Positions 18,266-29,068 of a stretch of 64,000 nucleotides of DNA are shown here, piece after piece; position 1 is the stretch's first letter; each line of letters starts with the position of its first letter. Under the pieces are notes generated by a model. The model had not been told where the DNA came from. It searched no databases and saw only the letters and a program-made list of their open reading frames with translations. The DNA comes from Spirochaetia bacterium (lineage in GTDB: Bacteria > Spirochaetota > Spirochaetia > UBA9216): contig OZ223269.1 in assembly GCA_965140585.1 (NCBI GenBank), positions 192,001 to 256,000 on the forward strand, read 5' to 3'. Made by a program: the position numbers and the translations under genes.

Positions 18266-19510
18266 TTATTCTGAATACTTCTTAAGTATAATTATAGCGT
18301 TATGTCCGCCGAATCCAAGCGAATTGGACATTACTGCGTTAATATTTCCCTTAACGCCCTTATTCGGAACATAATCCAGGTCACAGGCAGGGTCCGGCTC
18401 ATCAAGGTTGATAGTAGCAGGGTAAAATCCCTCGGTAATTGCCTTAACTCCAATGATAGCTTCAACTGCACCGGCAGCACCAATCATATGTCCTGTCATT
18501 CCCTTTGTCGATGAAACCTTCACCTTCTTGGCATGATCACCGAATGCTGTCTTGATAGCAAGAGTTTCGATCGGATCGTTGGTAGGAGTTGAAGTTCCGT
18601 GAGCATTGATGTAGTCAATGTCCTCGGGCTTCATTCCAGCATCTTTCAATGCAATCTTCATAGCCTTGATAGCGCCTGTTCCTTCTGAATCCGGTGCTGT
18701 AAGGTGATATGCGTCACATGTATTGCCGTATCCGACAAGCTCTGCATAGATTTTTGCACCGCGCGCCTTAGCATGCTCAAGTTCTTCAAGAATGAGGACA
18801 CCTGCGCCTTCTGCAAGTACGAATCCGTCTCTGTCGTTGTCGAAAGGTCGGCTTGCTTTCTGCGGATCATCGTTTCTCTTTGTACTTAAAGCACCGATTA
18901 CGTTGAATCCGGAAACACCAAGCTGAGTGATGCTGGCTTCTGAACCGCCTGCTACAACAATATCAGCCCTGTCAGCCTGAATGGTCATATAAGCATTACC
19001 GATAGCGTCGGTACCAGATGCACATGCCGTAGTTACAACCCAGCATGGGCCTTTAAGTCCGTATGTAATTGCTATGTTGCCGGGAACTTCATTGCTGATG
19101 AGCTTGGGAATGGTCATTGGAGGTGTTCTTCCCGGACCCTTTTCAAAAATTGCTTTGTGTCCGGCTTCTGTAACCTCGAAACCTCCGATACCGTTACCTA
19201 TAATGGTACCTGTTCTGTCCGGATCAAATTTGCCTTCAGTAAGACCTGCATCTCTAAGAGCCTCTCCTGCAGCTGCAACGGCAAACTGGGTACAGAGTGC
19301 CATCTTTCTGGCATCCTTGCTGTCCATGAAATCTCCGGCTTTAAAATCTTTTACTTCACCGGCTATCTTTGTTGCAAACTCGGTTGCATCGATTCTTGTA
19401 AGCGGACCGATTCCGCACTTTTCATGTGTTATTCCATCCCATAATTCAGCTACGTTATGGCCTAAGGGGTTTACTGTTCCAAGTCCTGTAATTACTACTC
19501 TTCGTGACAT
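18266..19510 (-). CDS. fabF: Beta-ketoacyl-ACP synthase II
   Basis: TACASG, NAHGTST, GHMIGAAG, SNSLGFGGHN. Confidence 0.96.
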   Translation of the reverse strand: MSRRVVITGLGTVNPLGHNVAELWDGITHEKCGIGPLTRIDATEFATKIAGEVKDFKAGDFMDSKDARKMALCTQFAVAAAGEALRDAGLTEGKFDPDRTGTIIGNGIGGFEVTEAGHKAIFEKGPGRTPPMTIPKLISNEVPGNIAITYGLKGPCWVVTTACASGTDAIGNAYMTIQADRADIVVAGGSEASITQLGVSGFNVIGALSTKRNDDPQKASRPFDNDRDGFVLAEGAGVLILEELEHAKARGAKIYAELVGYGNTCDAYHLTAPDSEGTGAIKAMKIALKDAGMKPEDIDYINAHGTSTPTNDPIETLAIKTAFGDHAKKVKVSSTKGMTGHMIGAAGAVEAIIGVKAITEGFYPATINLDEPDPACDLDYVPNKGVKGNINAVMSNSLGFGGHNAIIILKKYSE

Positions 19511-19531
19511 AATTATTCTCCTTAATGTGGA

Positions 19532-20275
19532 TTACATTCCCATTCCGCCGTCAATTCCGAGAACCTGACCTGTGATATAGGTGGACATCTCGGAGGCGAG
19601 AAAAACAACAACTGATGCGACTTCTTCGGGATCACCGATTCGGCCGAACGGAATCTTCTTCATAAACTCTTCTTTAGCAGCTTCAGGAATTGCTTCAGTC
19701 ATATCTGATTTAATGAATCCCGGAGCGATGGCGTTTACTCTTACGCCTCTGCCTGCAATTTCGCGTGCAAGACTTTTGGTAAATCCGATAATACCTGCCT
19801 TTGATGCTGCATAGTTTGTCTGACCGCCGTTGCCGATTACTCCGACTACGGATGATACGTTGATTATTGACCCGGATCGTTTCTTGGCCATAGCACGGCC
19901 GAAAGACTTACTGAGGTAGAAACAGCTTGAAAGGTTTGTTGCCAGAACATCATTCCAGGCTTCATCTTTCATCATGAAAACAAGACCATCTTTAGTGATG
20001 CCTGCATTATTCACAAGAATATCAATCTGTTCGGCTTCTTTTAGAATTTCTGCTGAAACGGCAGCCATTTCCGCAGAGTCGGAAACAGAACCCTTTTTCC
20101 AGGCTACGCTGACTCCGTTTTCTTCTGCGAGTTTCTGAAGTTCATCTGCCTGAGCACATTCACTTCTGCTGATGTACCATACTGAAGCGCCTTCCTTGAG
20201 GAATGCTTCAACTATAGTCTTACCGATGCCCTTTGAGCCTCCGGTTACAACTGCTTTTTTACCCTTTAATAACAT
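19532..20275 (-). CDS. fabG: 3-oxoacyl-ACP reductase
   Basis: TGGSKGIG, NNAGITKD, GQTNYAASKAG. Confidence 0.95.
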   Translation of the reverse strand: MLLKGKKAVVTGGSKGIGKTIVEAFLKEGASVWYISRSECAQADELQKLAEENGVSVAWKKGSVSDSAEMAAVSAEILKEAEQIDILVNNAGITKDGLVFMMKDEAWNDVLATNLSSCFYLSKSFGRAMAKKRSGSIINVSSVVGVIGNGGQTNYAASKAGIIGFTKSLAREIAGRGVRVNAIAPGFIKSDMTEAIPEAAKEEFMKKIPFGRIGDPEEVASVVVFLASEMSTYITGQVLGIDGGMGM

Positions 20276-20288
20276 ATATACTCCTGAT

Positions 20289-21215
20289 TTAACCTTTAAT
20301 TTCTTCTATCTGTTCAACAGTGCCGCATGGGATGGCGGGAATTTCTGTTGCTATGTTCTTCCATAAACCGCAGAGGATTTTTCCCGGACCTGTTTCCAGA
20401 CATCTCTCATATCCGTCTGCTGCAATATTATTCTCTTCATCGACCCATAAAACAGAAGAAACAATCTGTTTTACTGCCAGATCCTTTGCTTCAGCACCGT
20501 CATTAACAATCCTTCCGGTAACATTGGAATATATTGCTTTTACCGGGTCTTTAAAATCAAGACCGTTGAGGTATTCGCTGAACTTGTCACGGGCTTCATT
20601 AAGAAGAGGTGAGTGACAGGGGGCAGAAACTTTAAGCCTTAATACTCTTCTGGCTCCCGCTTCCTTTAAAATACTCTCAGCATCTGCAAGACCATTCTGG
20701 GTTCCTGAAATTACTATTTGCTTGTCGGCATTCCAGTTGGCCATATATACACCTTCAAGACTTTCAATGGCGGCATTAACCTGAGTAAGATCAAGTCCGA
20801 TTACTGCTGCCATGCTTGAGTCCGCACCTTCTCCGGAAGCATTCTCACCGGCCTCATGCATGTATTTCCCGCGAAGAGCTACAGCCTTCATTACCTCAAG
20901 ATCGGAAAGGATTCCGGCATCGGCATATGCTGCCCATTCTCCGAGACTATGTCCCGCACATCCGTCAGATTCGAGTCCCAGCTCTTTCAGTGTATTTTTT
21001 ACAGCCAGATTAACAAGTGTAACTGCGGGCTGTGTATTATCAGTTCGTCCAAGTGTCTGTACATCACCTTCAAACAGAAGTTTTTCACAATCAAGTCCGG
21101 TAATATCAGAAGCCGCTGTAAAAAGCTCTTTTACTCCGGAATGTTTTTCCCAGAGATCCTTTCCCATTTCCGGGTACTGAGCACCCTGGCCCGGATAAAG
21201 AAAACAAGTTTTCAT
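20289..21215 (-). CDS. fabD: Malonyl-CoA:ACP transacylase
   Basis: PGQGAQ, TQPA, GHSLGE, HSPL. Confidence 0.95.
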   Translation of the reverse strand: MKTCFLYPGQGAQYPEMGKDLWEKHSGVKELFTAASDITGLDCEKLLFEGDVQTLGRTDNTQPAVTLVNLAVKNTLKELGLESDGCAGHSLGEWAAYADAGILSDLEVMKAVALRGKYMHEAGENASGEGADSSMAAVIGLDLTQVNAAIESLEGVYMANWNADKQIVISGTQNGLADAESILKEAGARRVLRLKVSAPCHSPLLNEARDKFSEYLNGLDFKDPVKAIYSNVTGRIVNDGAEAKDLAVKQIVSSVLWVDEENNIAADGYERCLETGPGKILCGLWKNIATEIPAIPCGTVEQIEEIKG

Positions 21216-21268
21216 AATATCTCCCTGAATTCGAATTAGTTATGGATAAATTAATATCATACTTGCTG

Positions 21269-21325
21269 TTATCGGTCAACGGCCGATAAAGTGATTTAAG
21301 TAAAATATCGGTCATTGGCCGAAAA
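21269..21325. promoter_or_regulatory. Two copies of the palindrome TATCGGTC-N3-GGCCGA between fabD and the XRE gene
   Basis: TTATCGGTCAACGGCCGATAA at 21269-21289 and ATATCGGTCATTGGCCGAAAA at 21305-21325. Confidence 0.7.
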
Positions 21326-21401
21326 AAAACTGTTAAATACCATCCCTCTATGTTAAACTTCGTTCTTAGACCAAAATAAAACAATATAAGCAGAGGGAAT
21401 T

Positions 21402-21974
21402 ATGGTTTATAACGAAAAATTAGGTGAAAAAATAAGGATGTTTCGAGAGAAACATTCAATTACAACTGATGAGCTTGCCGCAAGGGCGGGTATAGATGCA
21501 GGACTCATCGAAAAAATAGAAAAGGGTGAACTGGTACCTTATTTAAGTCCGCTCATTAAACTTTCAAGGGCTCTCGGGGTTCGTCTTGGGACTTTTCTTG
21601 ATGATCAGGCTTCTGAGGGCCCGGTTGTCAGTAAAGCCGGTGACATGGCGGAATCCAAAAGAGTCCGTGGTGTTGATAACGATACTGATGCCGACCGGAC
21701 ATTTTATTCTCTTGCGGTAAATAAGGCTTCAAGGCATATGGAGCCGCTTATTGTTGAACTTACTTATTCTGAAGGCGAGAAAACTCCGCTTTCATCACAT
21801 GAAGGCGAAGAATTTGTTTACGTCCTTGAGGGAGAAATTGAAGTTATATATGGAAAGGAAACGCATCTGCTGGGAAAAGGTGAAAGCATTTATTATGATT
21901 CAGTAGTTGAACATGATGTACGTGCCGCAGGCGGCAATGCAAAGATTCTTGCTGTCATTCACGAACCATCCTGA
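21402..21974 (+). CDS. XRE-family HTH + cupin transcriptional regulator
   Basis: [10 protein letters not shown]...ELAARAG...IEKG N-terminus; [12 protein letters not shown]...[10 protein letters not shown] cupin. Confidence 0.93.
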   Translation: MVYNEKLGEKIRMFREKHSITTDELAARAGIDAGLIEKIEKGELVPYLSPLIKLSRALGVRLGTFLDDQASEGPVVSKAGDMAESKRVRGVDNDTDADRTFYSLAVNKASRHMEPLIVELTYSEGEKTPLSSHEGEEFVYVLEGEIEVIYGKETHLLGKGESIYYDSVVEHDVRAAGGNAKILAVIHEPS

Positions 21975-21988
21975 TATCCGGAGATTGT

Positions 21989-23632
21989 ATGAAACTAATA
22001 AATAAAACAATAGGACAGGTATTCGAGGAGCAGGTTGCAGCTTTTCCTGATAAGGATTTCATGGTCTATTCAGATCGGAATCTTCGTTTTACGTATTCAC
22101 AGTTTGACCAGCGTATAAACAGACTGGCTCTGGGCCTGATGAAAATCGGAATTACAAAGGGTTCTCATGTAGGTATATGGGCAACCAATGTCCCTGACTG
22201 GCTTACCTTCTTTTTTGCAACAGCCAAGATTGGCGCAGTGCTTGTTACCGTAAATACCGAGTACAAGGAACATGAGCTTGCCTACCTTGTTGAACAGGCT
22301 GATCTTGATATGCTTTGTATAATAGACAGTCACAAGGATAGCGACTATGTCCAGATGGTATACAGTCTTGTTCCTGAGCTGAAAACCTCTCAGAGGGGCA
22401 CTCTCAAATCAGAGAAATTTCCCTTTCTTAAAAACGTTGTTTTTATAGGTCAGCAGAAACACCGCGGAATGTACAATACTGAAGAACTGCTTCTTCTGGG
22501 GGCTCATGAGGATGATACCGAACTCAGGGAACTCTTTGACAGCTGTGATACTCATGATGTTATAAACATGCAGTATACTTCCGGTACAACTGGCTTTCCA
22601 AAGGGTGTCATGCTTACCCATCATAATATTCTTAACAACGGGTTTTATATCGGTGAGTGTCAGAAGTTTACCGACAGGGATATTCTCTGCCTTGCTCCTC
22701 CGCTGTTTCACTGTTTCGGTATTGTTCTCGGCGTTATGGCTATAATAACTCATGGAGCCGGTCTTGTAATGATTGAAAAATTCGATCCTCTGGTCACGCT
22801 TGCTTCTGTCCAGAAAGAAAAGTGTACAGCGCTTTACGGCGTTCCTACCATGTTCATTGCCGAGCTCAATCACCCGATGTTCGACATGTTCGATCTCAGC
22901 AGTCTGCGAACCGGAATAATGGCCGGTTCACCATGTCCGATGGAGACCATGAAGCAGGTCGTTGAAAAGATGAATATGAGCGAGGTTACCATAGCCTACG
23001 GGCTTACCGAGGGGTCTCCGGTAATGACCCAGACGAGAACCGACGATCCTCTTGAAAAGAGGGTTGCTACTGTCGGGCAGGAACTTCCGGGAATTGAAGT
23101 AAAGGTTTTTGACCCTGAAACCGGTGAGGAATGTCCGGTGGAAGTTCAGGGTGAACTTTGCTGCCGCGGTTACAACATTATGAAGGGATATTACAAGATG
23201 CCAGAAGCCACTGCGGCCTGTATCGACAAAGACGGCTGGCTTCACTCAGGCGACCTCGGAATAAAGGACGAGGACGGCTTTTTCAGGGTAACCGGCCGAA
23301 TCAAGGACATGATTATCAGGGGAGGTGAGAATATCTACCCCAGAGAGATTGAAGAATTCCTGTATGGTATGCCTGAAATAAAGGATGTACAGGTTGCCGG
23401 CGTACCTGATGAAAAATACGGAGAGCAGGTAGGTGCTTTTATTATTCTGCATGATGGTAAGAAGATAAAGGAAGAAGATGTTCGTGATTTCTGCCGCGGG
23501 CAGATTGCAAGGCATAAAATCCCTAAATATGTATTTTTTGTTGATTCATATCCGCTGACTGCAAGCGGAAAGATTCAGAAGTACAAGATGGGTGAAATGG
23601 CTGTTGAAATGGTAAAAGAGGGACGGGGCTGA
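21989..23632 (+). CDS. AMP-dependent acyl-CoA synthetase
   Basis: [46 protein letters not shown]. Confidence 0.93.
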   Translation: MKLINKTIGQVFEEQVAAFPDKDFMVYSDRNLRFTYSQFDQRINRLALGLMKIGITKGSHVGIWATNVPDWLTFFFATAKIGAVLVTVNTEYKEHELAYLVEQADLDMLCIIDSHKDSDYVQMVYSLVPELKTSQRGTLKSEKFPFLKNVVFIGQQKHRGMYNTEELLLLGAHEDDTELRELFDSCDTHDVINMQYTSGTTGFPKGVMLTHHNILNNGFYIGECQKFTDRDILCLAPPLFHCFGIVLGVMAIITHGAGLVMIEKFDPLVTLASVQKEKCTALYGVPTMFIAELNHPMFDMFDLSSLRTGIMAGSPCPMETMKQVVEKMNMSEVTIAYGLTEGSPVMTQTRTDDPLEKRVATVGQELPGIEVKVFDPETGEECPVEVQGELCCRGYNIMKGYYKMPEATAACIDKDGWLHSGDLGIKDEDGFFRVTGRIKDMIIRGGENIYPREIEEFLYGMPEIKDVQVAGVPDEKYGEQVGAFIILHDGKKIKEEDVRDFCRGQIARHKIPKYVFFVDSYPLTASGKIQKYKMGEMAVEMVKEGRG

Positions 23633-23665
23633 TGTCCTGAGCCCGGTTAAGTATACTTACAACTG

Positions 23666-23707
23666 AAAAAAAAGGGAGCCGTACTCATACCGGCTCCCTT
23701 TTTTTTT
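23666..23707. terminator. Bidirectional intrinsic terminator
   Basis: A8-GGGAGCCG...CGGCTCCC-T9. Confidence 0.88.
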
Positions 23708-23723
23708 GTCCATATTTGTCTTT

Positions 23724-24710
23724 TTACCAGCGAATCAGATTCCCGCCGTAGGTAAGGCCGGCACCGAATCCTGTAGTAATTATAAGGTCACCCTTCTTGA
23801 GCTGTCCTTTTGCAAGCATATCATTAAGTGCGATTGGTATAGAGGCTGCTGAAGTGTTGGCATATTCTTCGATGTTGATGAAGAATTTTTCCTCAGGAAG
23901 TTCAAGTCTCTTCGCAGCAGCCTGTATAATTCTTATATTTGCCTGATGCGGGACAATTCTGCTGACATCGTCTACAGAAAGATTATTATTTTTAAGAAGT
24001 GAATTAATTATCGTCTCATTGACCTTAACAGCAAAGCCGTAAACCCTTCGGCCGTTCATGCTGACATAGAGATCTTCCTCTTCATACTCGCCGATATGAA
24101 AGGGATGCTTGGCTCCGCCGGCCTTCCTCATTAGGTGTTCAAAACCGTCGCCTTCTGCACCCAGAAATGAATCAATGATTCCGCTGCCGTTATCATCTTC
24201 ACTCAGTCCAAGAACTGCAGCTCCTGCTCCGTCGCCGAATAGTACGCATGTATTACGGTCTTTCCAGTTTACAATTCTTGAAAGTGATTCAACGCCGATA
24301 ACCAGAACTCTTTTGGCCCCTCCTGCAAGCAGCAGACTGCGCCCCATTTCAAGTCCGTAAACAAAACCGGTACATCCTGCGCCAATATCCACAGCAGCAG
24401 TATTTCTGATTCCTAGTTTGTGTTGCACAACACAGGCCGTAGAAGGAAATCCTGCATAATCACCTGATGCTGTTGCAAGTATTATAAAATCTATATCCTG
24501 TACATCTATTCCTGCACGTTCAATTGCTATCTTTGCAGCCTTTACAGCTGTATCAGAGGTTGTTTCATCATCTGCAATGATATGTCTTTTACCTATTCCG
24601 GTGTGTGATCTAATCCATTCGTCAGTGGTATCGACGGTCTTAGAAAGTTCTTCGTTGGTAATTGCTTTTTCGGGTGCATAAGCACCTAAGCCAAGAATTT
24701 CCGCAATCAT
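23724..24710 (-). CDS. fabH: Beta-ketoacyl-ACP synthase III
   Basis: DTTDEWI, AGCTGF, LFGDGAGA, PHQAN, NTSAAS, GFGAGLT. Confidence 0.96.
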   Translation of the reverse strand: MIAEILGLGAYAPEKAITNEELSKTVDTTDEWIRSHTGIGKRHIIADDETTSDTAVKAAKIAIERAGIDVQDIDFIILATASGDYAGFPSTACVVQHKLGIRNTAAVDIGAGCTGFVYGLEMGRSLLLAGGAKRVLVIGVESLSRIVNWKDRNTCVLFGDGAGAAVLGLSEDDNGSGIIDSFLGAEGDGFEHLMRKAGGAKHPFHIGEYEEEDLYVSMNGRRVYGFAVKVNETIINSLLKNNNLSVDDVSRIVPHQANIRIIQAAAKRLELPEEKFFINIEEYANTSAASIPIALNDMLAKGQLKKGDLIITTGFGAGLTYGGNLIRW

Positions 24711-24738
24711 AGTGTCCTCCTCGAGTGCGTTAAATCAT

Positions 24739-24766
24739 ATTATATCGGTTGACGACCGATAATCAA
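24739..24766 (-). promoter_or_regulatory. fabH promoter with a third copy of the fab palindrome in its spacer
   Basis: TTGATT-16-TATAAT on minus; ATATCGGTTGACGACCGATAA at 24742-24762. Confidence 0.65.
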
Positions 24767-24770
24767 GCTG

Positions 24771-24816
24771 AAAAAACCGGGTTTATAAGTCTTTTCTTAC
24801 TTAAAAGCCCGGTTTT
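24771..24816 (-). terminator. Hairpin/terminator downstream of the gamma-CA gene
   Basis: AAAAAACCGGGTTT...AAAGCCCGGTTTT inverted repeat. Confidence 0.6.
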
Positions 24817-24819
24817 AGT

Positions 24820-25332
24820 CTATTTTCTTGAATCTGCTGTTTCTTTTGAATGCAGAATGTATCTTTCCGCAGATTTATCTATCGAGGCTACTTCCTCGTC
24901 CGTAAGCTCACGAACAACCTTGGCCGGTGAGCCGAGTATCATAGAGCGGGGAGGGAACTTCTTGCCTTTCGTTACTAAGCTTCCTGCTCCTACAATACTG
25001 TACTCTCCAATTTCCGCATTATCGAGTACAATGGCCCCCATTCCTATCAGGCAGTGGTCTGAAATCTTACAGGAATGAAGGGTTACCTGGTGACCCACTG
25101 TAACGTATTTACCGATTATGAGCGGAACATCAGTGCTGATATGGCAGGTTGAATTATCCTGGATATTTGAACCATCACCTACCCGAATCGGTGCTATGTC
25201 GCCTCGAAGCGTTGCGCTGAACCAGATGGAAGATTCTTTTCCCAGCACAACGTCCCCGGAAACATCTGCATTCCAGGCAATAAAATTGGCTTTATCGGTA
25301 TCGGGCGTTTTATTTAAGAATTTGCTGATCAT
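24820..25332 (-). CDS. Gamma carbonic anhydrase family (hexapeptide repeat) protein
   Basis: LRGD, SNIQDN..CH, VTVGH...LHSC, LIGMGA. Confidence 0.92.
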   Translation of the reverse strand: MISKFLNKTPDTDKANFIAWNADVSGDVVLGKESSIWFSATLRGDIAPIRVGDGSNIQDNSTCHISTDVPLIIGKYVTVGHQVTLHSCKISDHCLIGMGAIVLDNAEIGEYSIVGAGSLVTKGKKFPPRSMILGSPAKVVRELTDEEVASIDKSAERYILHSKETADSRK

Positions 25333-25396
25333 TCGGCTTCTCCATGCATGATAAATTCACTATACTGGATACTATCACCAACGGGAATAAAAAACT

Positions 25397-26548
25397 ATGG
25401 ATAATCAGAAAACTATTTCTGTATTTTTGGGCCTTATAACTATTTTCGCCCTGATTGCTGTACTCAAACTTGCATCTTCTGTAATGATGCCTATAGTTTT
25501 TTCCATTCTCGTAACATTTACCCTATCTCCTATTGTTGATACTCTGACAAAGATAAAGGTGCCCAGAAACGGCGCAATCATACTTGCCGTACTTATTGTT
25601 TTTGGAATAGCCTATCTTGTCGGCTTGTTTTTCATGTCCAGCATCAATTCTTTTATCGAAGAGGCGCCGAAATACTATAACCGCTTTGAATCCATTCTAA
25701 CCCAGATTTCTGCAACTCTGAATCAGAATTTCTCAATGGATCTGCCGGTTAACCCCATGGCTGAAATTGATTATACCGCCACTTTTATGAATTCCCTTAC
25801 CCCGATAACCCAGAATGTAATGGATTTCTTCAGCGCAATAGTAATTATTGTGCTCTCAATGATATTTCTGCTTATTGAAGCACCCTTTCTTCCTGTAACA
25901 ATTTCGAAGGCTTTTCCCAGAAGAACAGGAAAAAGAATAATAATCATAATAAGACACACCACCAGGCAGATTGGCCGGTACCTGTCAATAAAGTTTTTTG
26001 TGAGTGCAATAACCGGCGTGCTTGTCTGGTTCTGCCTGCAGGTTATCGGGATGGATTTCGCACTTATCTGGGGTGTTATGGCCTTTATTCTAAACTTCAT
26101 ACCTAACATCGGTTCATTTATACTGATGGCTGTAACTATACTGATGGGATTTATCCAGTTTTTCCCTCAACCGGGGCCTATTATCTTTGTATTCATATCA
26201 ATGATTCTGATACAGGTTGTGGTCGGCAATTTTTTCGATCCGAGGCTTCAGGGCCGCAGACTGAATTTGAGTCCGGTCATTATATTGTTTTCACTCTTTC
26301 TATGGGGATGGATCTGGGGGCCGGTCGGTATGTTTATTGCTGTCCCTATTACTACCGTATTAAAGATAGTGTTTGAAAATATCCCAGGGCTTAAACCCAT
26401 TGCGGTTTTGATGGAATACGGTAAAAAAGTTGCAAAAAACAGGAATACCAAAAAATTCAAATCTGCCGCTACCATTCTGGGAGACACTCTTTTTACTTCT
26501 GAGGTTATCAATGAAGTTAAAAATGATTCTGTTTCTGAACAGGATTAA
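25397..26548 (+). CDS. AI-2E (PerM) family transporter
   Basis: [36 protein letters not shown]. Confidence 0.92.
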   Translation: MDNQKTISVFLGLITIFALIAVLKLASSVMMPIVFSILVTFTLSPIVDTLTKIKVPRNGAIILAVLIVFGIAYLVGLFFMSSINSFIEEAPKYYNRFESILTQISATLNQNFSMDLPVNPMAEIDYTATFMNSLTPITQNVMDFFSAIVIIVLSMIFLLIEAPFLPVTISKAFPRRTGKRIIIIIRHTTRQIGRYLSIKFFVSAITGVLVWFCLQVIGMDFALIWGVMAFILNFIPNIGSFILMAVTILMGFIQFFPQPGPIIFVFISMILIQVVVGNFFDPRLQGRRLNLSPVIILFSLFLWGWIWGPVGMFIAVPITTVLKIVFENIPGLKPIAVLMEYGKKVAKNRNTKKFKSAATILGDTLFTSEVINEVKNDSVSEQD

Positions 26549-26562
26549 AATCATTTCAGGTC

Positions 26563-27657
26563 TTGTCTAATTCAATAGCCGCAGATATAGTGAAATCTAT
26601 GGAAAGAAAACGAATACTTACAGGCGACAGGCCTACCGGAAAACTGCATCTCGGACATTATGTAGGGTCTCTTGCAAACCGAGTTAAACTTCAGGAGCAG
26701 TACGACTGCTTTTTTATAATAGCCGATCTTCATACTCTCACTACAAAGCCCGACAGTGATGCTATTGGGATGATTGCTGAGAACGCAAGGGATATGGTTC
26801 TTGACTACCTTGCGTGTGGAATTGATCCTTCAAAAGCTACTATCTATCTTCAATCAGCCGTTCATGAAGTCTTTGAAATGAACCTCATCTTTGAGATGCT
26901 GGTTACAGTACCCAGACTTCAGCGGATGCCGAGTCTGAAAGATATGGCAAAGGCTGCCAACTTTAATGAAATGCCTTTCGGGCTTCTGGGATACCCTGTT
27001 CTGCAGGCTGCAGATATTCTTATGCCCAGGGCGAATCTGGTTCCCGTCGGAAAAGATAATGAAGCACATGTTGAGCTTTCACGAGAAATTGCAAGACGTT
27101 TCAATAGTATGTACGGTGAAGTTTTTCCCATTCCCGACGTAATGATTGGCGATGTTCCCACGCTTGTCGGAACTGATGGTGATGCCAAGATGTCCAAGTC
27201 TCTTGGAAACGCTATAATGCTTTCAGATGACAAAAAATCTGTAGAAAAGAAAGTCAGAGGTATGTATACCGATCCAAACAGAATCCGGGCTGATATTCCC
27301 GGAAAGGTAGAGGGAAATCCGGTTTTTATATACCATGATATATTCAACAATAATAAAGCTGAGGTTGAAGATTTCAAGATACGCTACAGGGAAGGCAAAA
27401 TAGGAGATGTCGAAGTCAAAGACAGCCTTGCCAGAGCTATAAATGAATTCCTTGAGCCGATTCGTGAAAGACGTGCTTTTTATGCTGAAAAATCAGGTTT
27501 TGTTGATGAGGTTATTTTTGACGGAACCATGGTTATGCGTGAAGAGGCAAGGCAGACTGTAACAGCTATGAAAAAGGCCATGGGGCTCACTGGTGTATGG
27601 AACAGTATCAGCCGGAAAGCCGAGAAGGTAAAGAAAAACAGAGAAAAAGATAAATAA
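26563..27657 (+). CDS. trpS: Tryptophanyl-tRNA synthetase
   Basis: [34 protein letters not shown]. The start may be the ATG at 26599. Confidence 0.96.
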   Translation: MSNSIAADIVKSMERKRILTGDRPTGKLHLGHYVGSLANRVKLQEQYDCFFIIADLHTLTTKPDSDAIGMIAENARDMVLDYLACGIDPSKATIYLQSAVHEVFEMNLIFEMLVTVPRLQRMPSLKDMAKAANFNEMPFGLLGYPVLQAADILMPRANLVPVGKDNEAHVELSREIARRFNSMYGEVFPIPDVMIGDVPTLVGTDGDAKMSKSLGNAIMLSDDKKSVEKKVRGMYTDPNRIRADIPGKVEGNPVFIYHDIFNNNKAEVEDFKIRYREGKIGDVEVKDSLARAINEFLEPIRERRAFYAEKSGFVDEVIFDGTMVMREEARQTVTAMKKAMGLTGVWNSISRKAEKVKKNREKDK

Positions 27658-27712
27658 ATCAATAAAAATGCGGTACGTTTAATATATTAGATAACAACAT
27701 GGAGGATAAAGT

Positions 27713-28702
27713 ATGAGAAAGTTAAAGGCGGTATTCATTTTCCTGATGTTGGTAATAGCTGTTTCCGGATCTTATGCCCAGGAGATATCAGAGGATGCCC
27801 TTGTTAATGCCGTCAGCGGAGATTTTGACAAATTCCTTACCGGTATCGGGAAGGATATTTCCCCAGTTCTTATTCAGAACGCTGTTTCAGGACAGAATAT
27901 CGGACAGGCAGAAATTGGAGAAGATAGATTCTATTTTAATATTATACCGGTCGCCGCAGTGTCGTCAGGTTCAGGATTTATGCCGCATAAGGATGTTACC
28001 GGTTACTATGAGGTTGTTAATCTGGATAACCTGATTGTAACAAATATAGGCAGCCTTATCCGTGATACATCAATAACAGACAGCCTGTTCGGTACAACTG
28101 CGTATTATCCTTCCTTCAGGCTTAATGCCGGTGTGAAAGTATTTTCAGATATTGAACTGCTGATAAATGGATTTTATCTCCCATCCAGCCTGGTGGGATT
28201 AGCTTCCGGCCTTTTGTCCGAACTGGAGCAGATTACACTGTCTGCACTCAACATAAGCGCCTTTGTGCGGTATCCGATACTTAAAGACACGGGAGTTCTT
28301 CCTGCAGTTTCTGTCGGTGTAGGCTATGTATTTGATAATTTTACTTTTGAACTTGCAGATCTTACAAGTTTTTCAACCTACTTTTCAGGTTTTGACAGTC
28401 TGGGCTTCGGACTTGAAACAGTTGTTCAGGCTTTTACTATTCAGGCTGGAATTTCGAAACAAATCGGCTTTTTTATTCCCTTTGCCAGAATGAGTGCCTG
28501 GTACGCCGACAGCAGTTATACTCCTTCGGCTACAGTCTCAAGTCCTCTGGTTATTGATCCGGTTGAATCAAATGATATCTATTTCATCGCAGAAGCCGGT
28601 TCAGATTTAAAGTTCGGCAAATATATTATAAATCTTGCAGGTAATTACAATCTTAGCAACGGGGTTTGGGGTGCTTCGATAGGTTCCAGATTCCAGTTCT
28701 GA
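27713..28702 (+). CDS. Predicted outer-membrane beta-barrel protein
   Basis: Signal peptide, alternating amphipathic strands and a C-terminal Phe (GSRFQF). Confidence 0.65.
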   Translation: MRKLKAVFIFLMLVIAVSGSYAQEISEDALVNAVSGDFDKFLTGIGKDISPVLIQNAVSGQNIGQAEIGEDRFYFNIIPVAAVSSGSGFMPHKDVTGYYEVVNLDNLIVTNIGSLIRDTSITDSLFGTTAYYPSFRLNAGVKVFSDIELLINGFYLPSSLVGLASGLLSELEQITLSALNISAFVRYPILKDTGVLPAVSVGVGYVFDNFTFELADLTSFSTYFSGFDSLGFGLETVVQAFTIQAGISKQIGFFIPFARMSAWYADSSYTPSATVSSPLVIDPVESNDIYFIAEAGSDLKFGKYIINLAGNYNLSNGVWGASIGSRFQF

Positions 28703-28725
28703 ATCACTTCGATTTCAGCATTATC

Positions 28726-28756
28726 AAAAGCTCTGAAGTTTTCCGGAGCTTTTTTT
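28726..28756 (+). terminator. Intrinsic terminator
   Basis: AAAAGCTCTG...CGGAGCTTTTTTT. Confidence 0.7.
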
Positions 28757-28790
28757 ACTCATGCTGCTTTCGTTTTAACAATATTTAAAA

Positions 28791-28851
28791 TTGACAATAT
28801 TGATATATGATGAGATAATTTTATTGAACAGATTCGGTAAACGCGTTCAGT
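28791..28851 (+). promoter_or_regulatory. TRAP operon promoter with two overlapping imperfect palindromes
   Basis: TTGACA-17-GATAAT (28791-28819); ATTGAAC-AG-ATTCGGT (28823-28838) and GGTAAAC-GC-GTTCAGT (28836-28851). Confidence 0.6.
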
Positions 28852-29068
28852 TAAATTTTGATTGATTCGTTATTTTTGCTTACAGGTTTAAGACAACCGC
28901 TTTTCTACTTTGTTATACATCACGCTTATCTCCTTTGCTTTTTTATTGTCAATCGATTGCTTTTACTAACCGGATTGGTTCTTCTAAAACGACAGGGGAA
29001 GGAGGCTGTTGCAAAATAATTAAAAAACAGACAGTAACAAATGTAAGGAATTTTATAGGAGGATTGTT

